Below are positions 13,601 through 25,774 of a DNA stretch of 64,000 bases, one piece after another. The position numbers were made by a program, and so were the translations under genes. The stretch's first letter is position 1, and each line of letters starts with the position of its first letter. Origin of the DNA: Eledone cirrhosa (lineage: Eukaryota). Location of the stretch: contig OZ024753.1 in assembly GCA_964016885.1 (NCBI GenBank), positions 4,650,001-4,714,000 on the forward strand, in the 5' to 3' direction. A model generated the notes under the pieces. The model did no database searches. It saw only the letters and a program-made list of their open reading frames with translations, and was not told the origin of the DNA.

Positions 13601-14454
13601 ATATACAGACATATACAGAATAACTGGGTGTAAAGATGACAATATTAGTAAGTAGAATTAAATAACATGTATTTCCCTCTGAATCGCTGTTCAGTGTTCT
13701 CGTGTATTCTATATGCAGTCTTAGTTAAATTTTCAGTTTGGATACTATATATAATGCAAGGTCATGTACATAAGATTTACTGCATCGTATTAATATTTTG
13801 ACGAGTGTCTGCTGGTAATATGGCTGTCTACCAAAATACTGATATCTTAAGATGTTATAATATTATTCATGAGTAAATATCTCACCTAGTTTTGTAAAGA
13901 TAGATTTTTGGAATTTGGTATTTGGTATTTGATATTTGGTAAACAGGAAGAAGCTACAAACTGAGAGTCGAATTCTTTCCGCTAACATAAGGTTACAATC
14001 AAACAAGATAACTAACAACAGCTTAACTCTTTGACACTATATACATAACTTTTTAGTGTTCACTTAACCATTTACTATCTAAACTAATGTAATCCCAGCT
14101 CACCTGTATACATAAGTAAATATTATCGAATTAATTCATTCTTAGTTATATTGTAATTTTAGAAAAAGTTGCAAGATTTTTGTATCAATATTACGTGTTT
14201 TCATAGATGTGAAATCTATGCAAGTAAACAGAATTTTGATTTCCTTTTCATTTGAAAAACGATTTATGATTTGCCAGCTTGATATATTTGAGCTTGTTCC
14301 TTATATGATTAATAAAAGTTGATGCAACTAATGGAACAACCTTCTCGTAAATTAACATCCCGATTGCTGAGCGTTCCAATGCGATTTTGCGTGACAAATT
14401 TTGTTAAAAGGCTGTCTATTCGAATGGAAAATACAACTCATTTCCGCCAGCCGA

Positions 14455-14842
14455 ATAAGGTTAACTAACTCTAATACACCTTATTGAAAGGATAAATTAT
14501 CTACTCAGAGAAGTAATAAAATATATTTAATCTCTTTGAATTTCCGATGATGCTTCTTGAGTTCCAGAAACCATGGTAGGGAATTATAAGTAAAAACCGA
14601 CTTATTTTAGCCAATCTAGCTTTTATCTCCGCAAAATGAGATTTTGACTTAAATTTAATATATTTTGTTACTTCTCTGAATAAGTAATCTATTAATATCT
14701 TATCTTTTCGTTGAGATATTTATCTATTAGAGACAGTTAACCTTATAAAATTATAAATTAATATTGGCTGCTCTATCATGGTTGAGATGAAAAAACCGAC
14801 TTATTTTAGCCGATCTAGTTTATATTTCTCCAAAATGAAATA
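14455..14842. repeat. Imperfect inverted repeat (14455-14530 / 14655-14746) with an overlapping ~50-bp direct repeat; MITE-like
   Basis: ATAAGGTTAACT/AGTTAACCTTAT and CAGAGAAGTAA.AAAATATATT/AATATATTTT.TTACTTCTCTG; AAAAACCGACTTATTTTAGCC.ATCTAG occurs twice. Confidence 0.55.
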
Positions 14843-16363
14843 TTATATATATATATGTATAAAGAATGAAAAATATAGAGATAGAGAGAAAGAGATGGAG
14901 TGGGAGAGGGAAAAGGAAGAGAGAGACAGAGAGAGAGAGATATATTAACTGATTTTTTTAAAGTCATTTTCAAAATAATTATTAATTGATAGATGGAAAT
15001 GTTTAAGTTTTCGTTGATGATCTCAAAATCTGTTTCTGTGAAAAATATAAAAAGTGAAACGAAACATGTAGAGGAAGCACTCGAAATATCAATTCCATTC
15101 CATTAGTTCAAATTGATTTATGACATTTAGCTTTCCTAATCAAAAATATAATTTTTCATGCGTTTAAACGAGTACGTTTGTTTGATGTTGTATGATCTTC
15201 TTTTTGAAAGAATGTATAACTTCTGATAGATAATTTTGTGTTATCAAATAATATCTATTTCACATTTATGCTGACATTTTTCATATAAAACCCACGCTGA
15301 AATAATACTATGATATAACACTGAAATCATGCTTTCATATACCGCACTGAAATGGTGCTATGATCATCTATAAATTCCTGCAAGGAAATTCCGTGAAATT
15401 TATGATGGCAACTCTTTATGTAATCTACATTGCAGCAAACATTCGGGTCAAATATGACTAGTCTCGCAGATATCTGAAAAGAGTCATGTACTAAAACGAT
15501 AAATATATGTAATTACTTCAAACATGAACAAATTCAGTTCCAAATGGGATTTACACATGGTGAAGGAGACATCTGTATTCGATAGCAAGTGATATTCTAT
15601 ACTTAGATATGTAATGTAGTCGCTGAAAACGCCATCAGTATCTTCGTTGGATTGATTTAGATACGCTGGAAATATATTTTAGTTAAAACATCGGAGGAAT
15701 TTAAAGTAGCCAACGTGGTGTTCTAGATGGTTATTTAGTTAGTGATACCTAAAAAGATTTACCAACTTTTGCCAGTTTTCAAACCATTAATTTTATCGAA
15801 ATTATCTACACATGTTTCTAACATATTTCTGATATAATATATTATAAAATCAATTATATTCTTTTTCTAACACATCCTATATATTTCTGTATATTATATG
15901 TATATGCAATCAACACATCCTACATATTTGTTTTATCTTTAAATTGCAATAAGTTTTGCAGCACATTTTGACAAAAAAATTGCAGTTTATATTTGTGGTA
16001 CACAAATAGCTAACCTCACTTTATGTTATCAAAACATACAATTTCATATTTCTTAAAAAATGTTTTCCTCTATTTCAGTATCAAGTTATTCCCACGCAGA
16101 ATACAAAATAGAAATGAAAACAAAATAGAAAGGAAATCATTAACATAAGGGTTAAACATTAATTTGAAAAATAATGTGCAACAAGAATACATTTTAGAGT
16201 ATTCATCAGTTATATCAACCAATCATTCCATATTTTCATGAGGAGATAAACAAATAAAAATTATTTTATATATCAAAATAGTTACAATTTTGAAATCAGG
16301 TATGAAAATAGAATAACTAATGATCTAATATATATATTAGATAAATATGCTGGGCCCGTCAAC

Positions 16364-16411
<48 letters not shown>

Positions 16412-16614
16412 GTGTATGTGGGAGGGGGAGGGGGATTTATGTTCACAACAAAGTAATTTCTTGAATAATTTTATGATGTAATGTTTAAAGCATAGTAAAA
16501 TTGTGGAAAACGACAAACATCACATTTATTATTTCATCACGTGAGATAATCAAAATTCATGTGTTGTCAAAATTTAATATGAAAAATGTGTGAATATGAA
16601 TGTCGAGTAAATGA

Positions 16615-16745
16615 AGGTTTCTAATATAGGCACGACAAGACCAGCAACCCATGAGCATGCGAAATTCGATTACACCAAACCCATCCTTGGTTGGTACTTT
16701 ATGTTATTGATACTAGGAGGGTAAAAGGCAAATTTCATTTCGACA
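16615..16745 (-). mobile_element. Old SINE family A-related fragment
   Basis: TTTCTAATATAGGCAC...CCAGCAA...TGGTACTTTATGTTATTGA...GGTAAAAGGCAAA resembles the reverse tail and core. Confidence 0.5.
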
Positions 16746-18742
16746 AGAGATGCACGCGTAAATAAATATTTACGAATAAAACCTCTATGAAGGATACATA
16801 CTTCTTTAGTATTTACGTTAATGGGCAAGGTCTTACATACAAAATAATGCGGGAAAAAGAAAGGGGGTCAAAATGAAATGTTTTACAAGAATTTTATCTT
16901 GTATATGCATGGTAATGATAAAGATGATATTTAGTTTTTCGCTTCTTTTATACATTAATAGAATATGTTCCTTTCTTATGGTTGACAGCTATATGTTTGT
17001 GATTTGCTATAATTCTTTTGAGTTGTTCCATTTGCCCTCTTCTGACAATGTTTGCAAATTTCTAATAAACTATTGTCTGCATTAGAAATACGTTATTTCC
17101 ATCATGAACGATTGGTAGCTTGCAGTCGGAATTTTGACTACCAGTTGTTCTGTAATATAGCATATATTTTTCAACAGAATTTGAATAATGTGTTTCTACT
17201 TTGTAGGAACGTACGGAGGATTATAACAGGAGTGTATGAAATTGTTATGGTGTCTAGATCGGCAAAACTGAAATACAGATGCATAGAAGTGTAACGGTTG
17301 TTCTGTTGAGCTTACACACCATCTTCTAGCTATCACTCACAACTTTTCATGATTAAAGAATTTGGTTAAGAGAGTTACACAGTTATGTAGTTTCGACACA
17401 AATTTTAATCTTGTTAAAGATGTAAAGAAAATATGTACCAGCTATCTTGAACTTTCTTCTTTGAAGTCAGTATAGTTAATGCGACATTGATATATATCGA
17501 TGAATAGGAGTATCTTTCTACTGATTTTCCGTGTTTGGGATAATGGGGTAAACAGATGTATCGTAGCTACATTACTTGAAATATTTTGGTGATGGACTTT
17601 TCAGATTTTAATTCAAATCTTCTTCATATAAATCGTAATTATTTTTTATCATTATTATTATTATTATTTAGGGTCACATCAATCTTTAGTGGGCAGAAGT
17701 AAGATCAAAGACGTTCGAGCAATGATACTTCTATCATTTTGTTTGTGATGAGGAGCATTGTGTATCAAGAACTACATAATCAAAGTGTAATTTATTTTTT
17801 ACCTCAGCAATGTGTGCTATCAAGTAGATTTGGCTGCTATTTCTTGAATGTGAAGCTACTATGCAGAGATTCTCCTATATAGCTTACGTAACACTACTAA
17901 ATGAAGGTTTGATTTGATAACATCAGACTTTCGTTTTTCAACAGATAGCTTTGTGTCTAGGTAATTTAATTTACAGGGGAGAATTATGTTATAAATGTTC
18001 CGTGTGGTATTGAGTAAAAGTAAGCCAATACTATTCTTCTAAATAGGATAAGAAATTTAACATGCGTTTAATTTCTATGTTAAATAGCTTGAGATGGACT
18101 TCAGCATTTAATAGTAGTCATTGCGCACAAAACTGAGGCAATAGTAATCGTATTACATCTTTAAGATTTCAAACATCCGATAGTAAGCCTTGATGTCCAT
18201 CTCGTCATTTTAAACATAACACGCATTCGTAATATACTGTAGTAACAAAAATACTGCTACAAACTTCACAATATAATAATGTCTAAAGGAAAATAAAAGC
18301 AAGTCTACTATGTTCTGGGATATTTTTGCTAATCAATTCAAAATATACATAACGTGCTTGCAAATACCGTTTGGAATCTGATTATTTCGACTTAACATCC
18401 CCTGAGGAAATATTTGGCAACATAGAATAGATTATGAGAAATTGAAAGTAAGAAATGTCCATTATTGTTCCTTTATCAAAATATCTTCTGATGTTTTATG
18501 AACAAATTTACCATTGATTGGATAAAGAGAAGAAAATGAGAAATAAATCGTGGAAAACGTTTATGAAAAACGAAAAAAGAAAACAAAGGCAGTATACAGC
18601 GAAGACATTAATAAAAAAAATATTATTTACAACAATTTCATCAGCAGCAAAAAAAGAAGCAACATCATCAACAACAACAACAGTAGGAGCAGCAGCAGTA
18701 ATATCAATAATAATAAAAAACAAATAATAGTAATAACTATTA

Positions 18743-18743
<1 letters not shown>

Positions 18744-18812
<69 letters not shown>
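18744..18812. repeat. (TAG)n microsatellite
   Basis: Direct inspection. Confidence 0.95.
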
Positions 18813-18813
<1 letters not shown>

Positions 18814-19577
18814 TGTTTTTATTTCTTTATATTCGAACAAGAATAATTTTTCTGATAGCAGAATGTCATTAATAATGTAATAGAGTCTAGCATAGCTTTT
18901 GTAGAGGACAAACCTGTATGAGGCATTAAACACCCAAGTGTGTTCAATAGTAGAAGAGAAATATTTCAAGGACATGATGCAATTATCGATGGTCTTACGC
19001 AATAAGGATATTGGCTATCACATCGAAAACAGAGGACCTAAGTTCATGTATAATCTGTAGCTCTTTGGTAGGAATGAACCTCAAGTTGACTCACTGGTAA
19101 AAGCTGCCCACTGGTGTTGCCGGGAATTGGAGTGGTATTTCATATTGCAAGCTCTGAATATGAAGAGTTGTAAGCATGTACATAGCGTATTTTCTATGTA
19201 ACAAAGCGCGTTAAATCTAACTGTTTTATATGATAGTATGTTTTACTTGTAGTATTTACCAGCAAAAGGCTTCGAAATTTTTTATAAATTTTCCTTAATA
19301 TATAAATTGAATAATCGGTATCTCTCTCTCTATATATATATTTTTTACCAATATATATATATATATATTGTTATACTTGGGGAGGGTCATATTTGCATAA
19401 TATTGCCAGAATTAATAACAGAACACACTCACTGTTTGGTTGGTTTTCGCTTCTCGCTGTCTTTTATATCTGCGATCTAACTTACTCGGTCCTCAATGTT
19501 GCCATTGACTGACCGACGGTCAAAAATAATACAGATACAATATAGACACAAACACATATATATAGTTTACATAATTT

Positions 19578-19617
19578 ACATAAATCTTTCGTTGTACATC
19601 TGCAACATCGTCAGTGG
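19578..19617 (-). ncRNA. Minimal PLE-type hammerhead motif
   Basis: CCA-CUGACGA-U-GUUG-CAGAUGUA-CAAC-GAAA-GAUUUA-UG; core boxes and stem II intact, stems I and III weak. Confidence 0.65.
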
Positions 19618-19906
19618 TGTTATATTCTTTGTTCCTCCTGTTGTGTTGTATGTCTACGCCATTTTTTTTATTCAGTCTGTCTATATATTTATTTATTTAT
19701 TTGCTTGTTTGTTTATCTTATTTTATTTTGTCTTCTTTGCGCATGCATTTGCGTGTGTGTATAGTGTTATGTGTGCTGTGTGACTAGTGTGTATAGTGTT
19801 GTGTCTGCTGGGTGACTAGTGTGTGTTTATGTGCTTGTTGTTATTGTGCTTGTGTATGTATTTATTTATCTTATTTTATTTTATTTTATTTACTTATTTA
19901 TACTTC

Positions 19907-20227
19907 TCATAGGTCAGTGTTGTTTGTTTGGGTGTTGTTGTTCCACTCATTCTTTCTGTTTAGCTTTGGTCTTCTAATTTCTATTTCACTGGCCTCTCTG
20001 ATTTGCCTATCTGCTGGGTCATTCCTATGTTTAGATATTATTCTAATTTCTATGTTGTCTATGTTACCGTCATGTTGTTGTCTAGCATGTTCGTATAGTA
20101 CTGACCCGTTTTTTCGTCCTTTTAGTTCCCCCCAGTGTTGGTCTATCCTTTCACCTATGCTATGAGCTGTCTCACCTATGTATGTTGTTGTCATGTTTCT
20201 GCAAGTACCTCTTATGCTATATATATA
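19907..20227 (-). pseudogene. GIY-YIG endonuclease domain of a Penelope-like retroelement (5'-truncated, no RT)
   Basis: YIYSIRGTCRNMTTTYIGETAHSIGERIDQH...SVLYEHARQQH...RQIREASEIEIRRPKLNRKNE fits IY-x-YIGET, R..xH, R.I.E and P.LN of PLE endonucleases. Confidence 0.9.
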
Positions 20228-20454
20228 GAGAGAGAGAGGGAGAGAAAGAGATAGAGAGAGAGAGAGAGATACCGAGATATATATATGTATATATATATAT
20301 TAGAATTGGTGCTCTAAAATAACGATATATATATAAATGTATATATAGTGTATTTTGTAATACACTGTATGCTTAATTAAAAACATTTTGAAGACCTTAC
20401 GCTATTGTTTTAAAGTAGTGACTGTCACTTCTCTTTTCAGCAAACAAAGGGAGA

Positions 20455-20502
20455 TAAGCTGACAGATCTCTGTTTCGTACTGTTGGTACTCCTCAGAGCT
20501 TA
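20455..20502 (-). ncRNA. Type I hammerhead ribozyme (canonical)
   Basis: UAAGCU-CUGAGGA-GUAC(CAACA)GUAC-GAA-ACAGA(GA)UCUGU-C^AGCUUA; stem I extends ~20 bp past an internal loop (20434-20525); predicted cut between 20461 and 20460. Confidence 0.92.
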
Positions 20503-20771
20503 ACACTCCCTTTGCCTGCTGAAAATTATGAATGTTTGATTCTTATAGAATTCCAGTAATAATCAGGAACTGTTTATACAGAGCGGTTGCCGGTCCAGCA
20601 AAAATTGAAAATTAGAATTGGTGCTCTGAAATAGCGATATATATATGAATGTATATATAGTGTATTTGCAATACACTGTATGCTTAATTAAAAGCATATT
20701 GAAGACCTTACGCTATTGTTTTAAAGTAGTGACTATGGCACGTACTTCTTTCTTCAGCAAACAAAGGGAGA

Positions 20772-20819
20772 TAAGCTGATAGATCTCTGTTTCGTACTGT
20801 TGGTACTCCTCAGAGCTTA
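20772..20819 (-). ncRNA. Type I hammerhead ribozyme, second tandem copy
   Basis: Same fold; AUC cleavage triplet creates a C-A mismatch in stem III. Confidence 0.85.
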
Positions 20820-21082
20820 ACACTCCCTTTGACTGCTGAAAATTATGAATATTGGAAAATACACTATATATACATTCATATATATACTCTATATATACAT
20901 TCATGTATATATCATATATATATATACACTATATATACATTCATATATATATCGCTATTTCAGAGCACCAATTCTAATTTTCAATTTTTGCTGGACCGGC
21001 AACCGCTCTGTATAATCAGTTCCTGATTATTACTGGAATTCTATAAGAATCCAACATTCATAATTTTCAGTAGGCAAAGTGG

Positions 21083-21130
21083 TAAACTCTGAAGAGTACC
21101 AACAGTACGAAACAGAGGTATGTCAGCTTA
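21083..21130 (+). ncRNA. Type I hammerhead ribozyme, inverted copy
   Basis: UAAACU-CUGAAGA-GUAC(CAACA)GUAC-GAA-ACA(GAGGUA)UGU-C^AGCUUA. Confidence 0.85.
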
Positions 21131-21244
21131 TCTCCCTTTGTTTTCTACTTTAAAACAATAGCGTAAGGTCTTCAAAATGCTTCTAATAAAGCATAGTGTA
21201 TTTCAAAATACACTATATATATACATTCATATATATATATATAT

Positions 21245-21431
21245 GAACAGATTCAGGACCCCGACGGCTGAGCTCCGGCCGTGTCGAGTTCGGATCTAGC
21301 TGTCGAAACGGCCGGAGCTTAGAGGTCAGCCGTCGGGGTCCTGAATCGTTTCATATTACCCACTCTACTGCCCCAACTATCGAGTACTCTGGTGGGTTCT
21401 GGCTTAGCTGGTTTTTACCAGACTCTGCCTG
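21245..21431 (+). mobile_element. Family B element with fold-back
   Basis: ATTCAGGACCCCGACGGCTG.../...CAGCCGTCGGGGTCCTGAAT palindrome plus the family tail into (TA)n. Confidence 0.8.
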
Positions 21432-21473
<42 letters not shown>

Positions 21474-21604
21474 GGGGAGAGAGAGGGGGAGAGAGAGGGG
21501 GAATTATAGAGAGGCACAGACACACACAAATATATATATATACATATATGTCTGTGTGTGTGTTTTGTGTATATATATGTGTGTGTGTGTGGATATATGT
21601 TTGT

Positions 21605-21650
<46 letters not shown>

Positions 21651-21926
21651 GATCGAGAGGAAATGAGCGAGGGGTTAGTAGATACATAGATAGATATCCA
21701 GGCATATCATATGTGTGTATTTATATATACGCATTTAAATAAATAAATAAATATATGAGGGTGTTAAATATATGATTTAACCCAATTGGTCAGTAGCTTT
21801 TGCCACAGCCTATCACGCGCACGCGCATTCTTTCCCTCGTTTGAATTTTCCCCATAACGGCATTCCTAAGTTTTAACGACACTACAACTTTCTCCGGTTT
21901 AGCCTGTTCCCCCCCTTTTGGAACTT

Positions 21927-21962
21927 TCCCCCGTTGATGGGCGTGAGCCCGAAATATTGGGA
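21927..21962 (+). ncRNA. Decayed minimal hammerhead in a (TA)n-terminated PLE-terminus-like segment (~21770-22095)
   Basis: UCCC-CCGUUGA(for CUGAUGA)-U-GGGC(GUGA)GCCC-GAAA-UAUU-GGGA: stem I, stem II and palindromic stem III present; two core substitutions. Confidence 0.55.
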
Positions 21963-22093
21963 TTAAATCTCCACTACGGTAACCCTTCTACCTTTGTTTT
22001 GTTTTCATTTTCATTTTCACTTTTCTCCTATTTCTCACTCACTTCTTACCTCGAGATTTCCCATCTGCATTGTTGTGGCTTTCTAAACTACAA

Positions 22094-22179
<86 letters not shown>

Positions 22180-22569
22180 TTATGTATACATGCATGCGCG
22201 CCCGCATTGCGTGCTTACGTGTTTCTGTGGATGTGGTTCTTGCTAATGTTCATACCTTCTAATCTAGAAAGTAGGTACGAAAACTCTATTGCAAGATCTA
22301 TGGTTTGTGACACAAAGCAATTTTTCTTTATTATATCTGAATGTTAGAAGCTTAACGTGAAACTAACAAGATAATTATTTTTACAAATGAAAATGATGTT
22401 CTTGTGGTGTTCCTAATTCTTTTCGTATCAGTATTCTAGAGCAATACATCTAAGAGAAAGAATATATTATGTTAGCCATAGGTGTAAGGCAGTAATGCGT
22501 TTTTTATTTAACTTTTTTACGCACACGGCCACGCACCCACAAAAACACAAACACACGCACAAACACACA

Positions 22570-22614
<45 letters not shown>

Positions 22615-22625
22615 GCGCGCGCACT

Positions 22626-22738
<113 letters not shown>

Positions 22739-22758
22739 ATATATATATATATTCATGG

Positions 22759-22791
<33 letters not shown>

Positions 22792-23705
22792 TGTATGTAT
22801 GTATGTATGTATGTATGTATATGCCGTTAACGAATGGAATTGTGTTCACATCTATTTCGAAGGCCGATATGCGCTTAGTTTTTGTGCCTGAAACCAATTT
22901 TTCAATATGATCTATCACGAACACGACTCATCTTCCACTTATTCATTAGCGTTCCATTCTACTCGTATTATACAGCGATCATACTATTCTCCTATCATGG
23001 GACTATCTTCCTGTTTTTTGGCTCATTGCTTTTCACACCGTCCAGTTGCGTTCTCCTACCACCTAACATTCATTCTTTGCGTGTCACACTATTTTTTCGG
23101 ACGCCTGTGTTAAAAAATATGATGATGTCTGGTAGTAAAAGTTATAAGTGATGCGCTTCATCTAAAAAGCTCAGTATCTACCAAACACCTCGATGGTTTC
23201 CTTCAATATAGAATCAGCCGAATGTCCACAGGATGGAAGACCCAAAATTCACAACACAATAGCATCAGCCGCAACAGCATCAACAGCAACAACAGCAACA
23301 AAAGCAACACTGCACGAGAATATTATGAAATAAATTTCCTGCATTCAAAAAATTCAACACCGCTTTCACATTCACAATAACAACAAAATAAAATGAACGC
23401 AACAAAAAATAACAACAATACCACAAACACTATCATACCCCTACCACCTCCAACACAATCACCACCATTGCAACAACAACAAATATAACTTCGTCGTATA
23501 TTTTAATATTTCTTCGTAACTTTGGGGAATTGATTATTATCTAATTTTTTTAATCCAGCTAAGGTAAATACATTTATTGATAAACATAAACACAGTTCCC
23601 TTTAATTTAAATCTATAAAATATGAAGCTGTATAAGTTGGCACAGGGGAACAGGCATTCGCTTCATGAACATCGTGTTTGTCCGTTCCCTTTTTCACTTC
23701 AATTT

Positions 23706-23947
23706 TGGATTACCTCCTTATTGTAGCCTTATTATGCAAGAAGCTGCCTGATGAGATCATGGCACTGGGTACTACGTGGAATCGCGTAGCCATTGTTGTC
23801 ATCAAAATATGTATCACGGCCTTATCAATAAAGGACTTTAATATCTAAACCACTTGGTATTTCCTTATTCTAAAAATACTCCGTCATTCCTTCGTGGATG
23901 GAAAAATGCACGTTGAGTTCTCGAACTGAATTGCATCAATGTTTACC

Positions 23948-23950
<3 letters not shown>
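23706..23950 (+). mobile_element. Family D PLE-terminus-like remnant with long-stem-II hammerhead (23743-23820)
   Basis: GCTGC-CTGATGA-GAT...ATC-AAAA(for GAAA)-TATGTATC-ACGGC; homologous to 31800-31950; ends in (TA)n. Confidence 0.6.
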
Positions 23951-24032
<82 letters not shown>

Positions 24033-24039
24033 TTATTTT

Positions 24040-24163
24040 TTTTATTTTATAGAAGGAGCTTCTATAAAATAAAAGCTCCTTCTATAAAATAAAAAAATTT
24101 TACTCTGCCATGTATTGAGTACCTTACTTACTGTGGTTATCCCCGACTCAACCCGGGACCTAC

Positions 24164-24165
<2 letters not shown>
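24040..24165 (+). mobile_element. Family C element tail with fold-back
   Basis: TTTATTTTATAGAAGGAGCTT/AAGCTCCTTCTATAAAATAAA palindrome plus GTATTGAGTACCTTACTTACTGTGGTTATCCCCGA shared with 55755-55815 (-). Confidence 0.7.
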
Positions 24166-24204
<39 letters not shown>

Positions 24205-24609
24205 CGATGTTTTTCTATGCAATGTATATTTTCCCTGAGAAATTAAGCTAACAGGAGATATATAAGCAACGAAATCAAAATGAACCCAGAAACATGTGAG
24301 TGTGAAGCATATTTCGTACCCACCTACCTATATAGTTTCTTTTATCAAAGATATTATGTATTAGTATTGTTCTGTCTATTGTTAATTGCCTTATCGTTAT
24401 CTGTGAAATTTCACATCAAATGATCTTATTTAAATCGTATTATATGACCATATTGAGTAAGATAATTATCAGATAATATATATCTCTCTACTACTGTCTA
24501 TCTGTTGTCCACCTCCCTCTCACTATCTCGTTCTAAAATGTAAAAGTAATTTGTTTCATATTACATTGAGAAAGTATAGATATCTTCAATAATAATATTC
24601 TGACAAATA

Positions 24610-24668
24610 GTTATTGTTTCTACGCTAGGCACAAGGCCAGCAATTACCCAGTGCATTACTGGTACTTT
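24610..24668 (-). mobile_element. SINE family A 3' fragment
   Basis: TTGTTTCTAC...AGGCACAAGGCCAGCAATTACCCAGTGCATTACTGGTACTTT. Confidence 0.85.
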
Positions 24669-24768
24669 TAGTAATGTTACATATTTCAGGTAGATTACGT
24701 TACAAGTTTTGAAAATATTAACTAAACATCTACTAACTCTATACATGTATATACATACATGTGTATAT

Positions 24769-24979
<211 letters not shown>

Positions 24980-24984
24980 ATATA

Positions 24985-25125
24985 ATCGACGATTGAATCG
25001 CGATCGTAAAGGACCACAGTTAAACAGGTACTCAATGTAATTAGTCTATAGGCATCTTTATTATATACAGAAATGATTTCTACAGGAATAGTACTGTTTC
25101 ATTCATTTGAAATCATCAGCAATAT
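24985..25125 (-). mobile_element. Family C element with hammerhead core
   Basis: CTGATGA-T-TTC(AAAT)GAA-T-GAAACAG...TCCTGTAGAA...ATTGAGTACCT...ACTGTGGT on the minus strand. Confidence 0.65.
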
Positions 25126-25663
25126 ACATGAGTGTACAAAAGTGTTGATGGAGCTATTCCTGATGGATTGACATGTTTTTTCCTCGTGAAAATGTTATTG
25201 GTAAATACCTAATATATATACCCACACATAAATATACATATATATTATGTGTATTAGTGGAGATGTATATATAATATATATATATTATATATGTGTGTGT
25301 GTGATTTTTGTGTGGGAATGTGTGTGTGTCTGATTGTTGCGTCGGAATATGTGTCTGTTTGCGTGTGCGTGTGTATGAAAGAGTAGTTATATATTACAAG
25401 CGACATTTAATTAACTACTCAAGCCAGTTTTAGGTGATGTAACTCATCCATGACTTAGACATATAGACATATACGTTAGTGATGCCCACGTGTTGTGGTG
25501 TTCACAAGATTCGTTGGAAAGCTCTGTCAAAGAGCAGAACATTTGTACATCTGTAAGGAGGCATATTTATTCTAATGTAATACACAAGACATATATGTCT
25601 GTGTACGTTTATGTGTGAGTGTGTCCAATTATTCGTGTGTATCTGTTTGTATGGGTGTATTTA

Positions 25664-25698
<35 letters not shown>

Positions 25699-25743
25699 GT
25701 GGGTGTATGTGTGTGCATATGTGTGTGTGCTTGTATATGTGTT

Positions 25744-25774
<31 letters not shown>

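Larger units (their letters stand above)
19370..20227 (-). mobile_element. Penelope-like element 3' fragment (GIY-YIG domain, 3' region and hammerhead), flanked by (TA)n
   Basis: GIY-YIG ORF, downstream CUGACGA...GAAA motif in the same sense, TA tracts at both ends. Confidence 0.8.
20300..21235. mobile_element. Retrozyme-like locus 1: ~1.7 monomers on - (20300-20850) head-to-head with ~1.1 monomers on + (20851-21235); monomer 312-317 nt
   Basis: Direct repeats TTAGAATTGGTGCTC at 20300/20612 and hammerheads at 20455/20772; inverted copy follows; no ORF with recognisable product. Confidence 0.85.
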
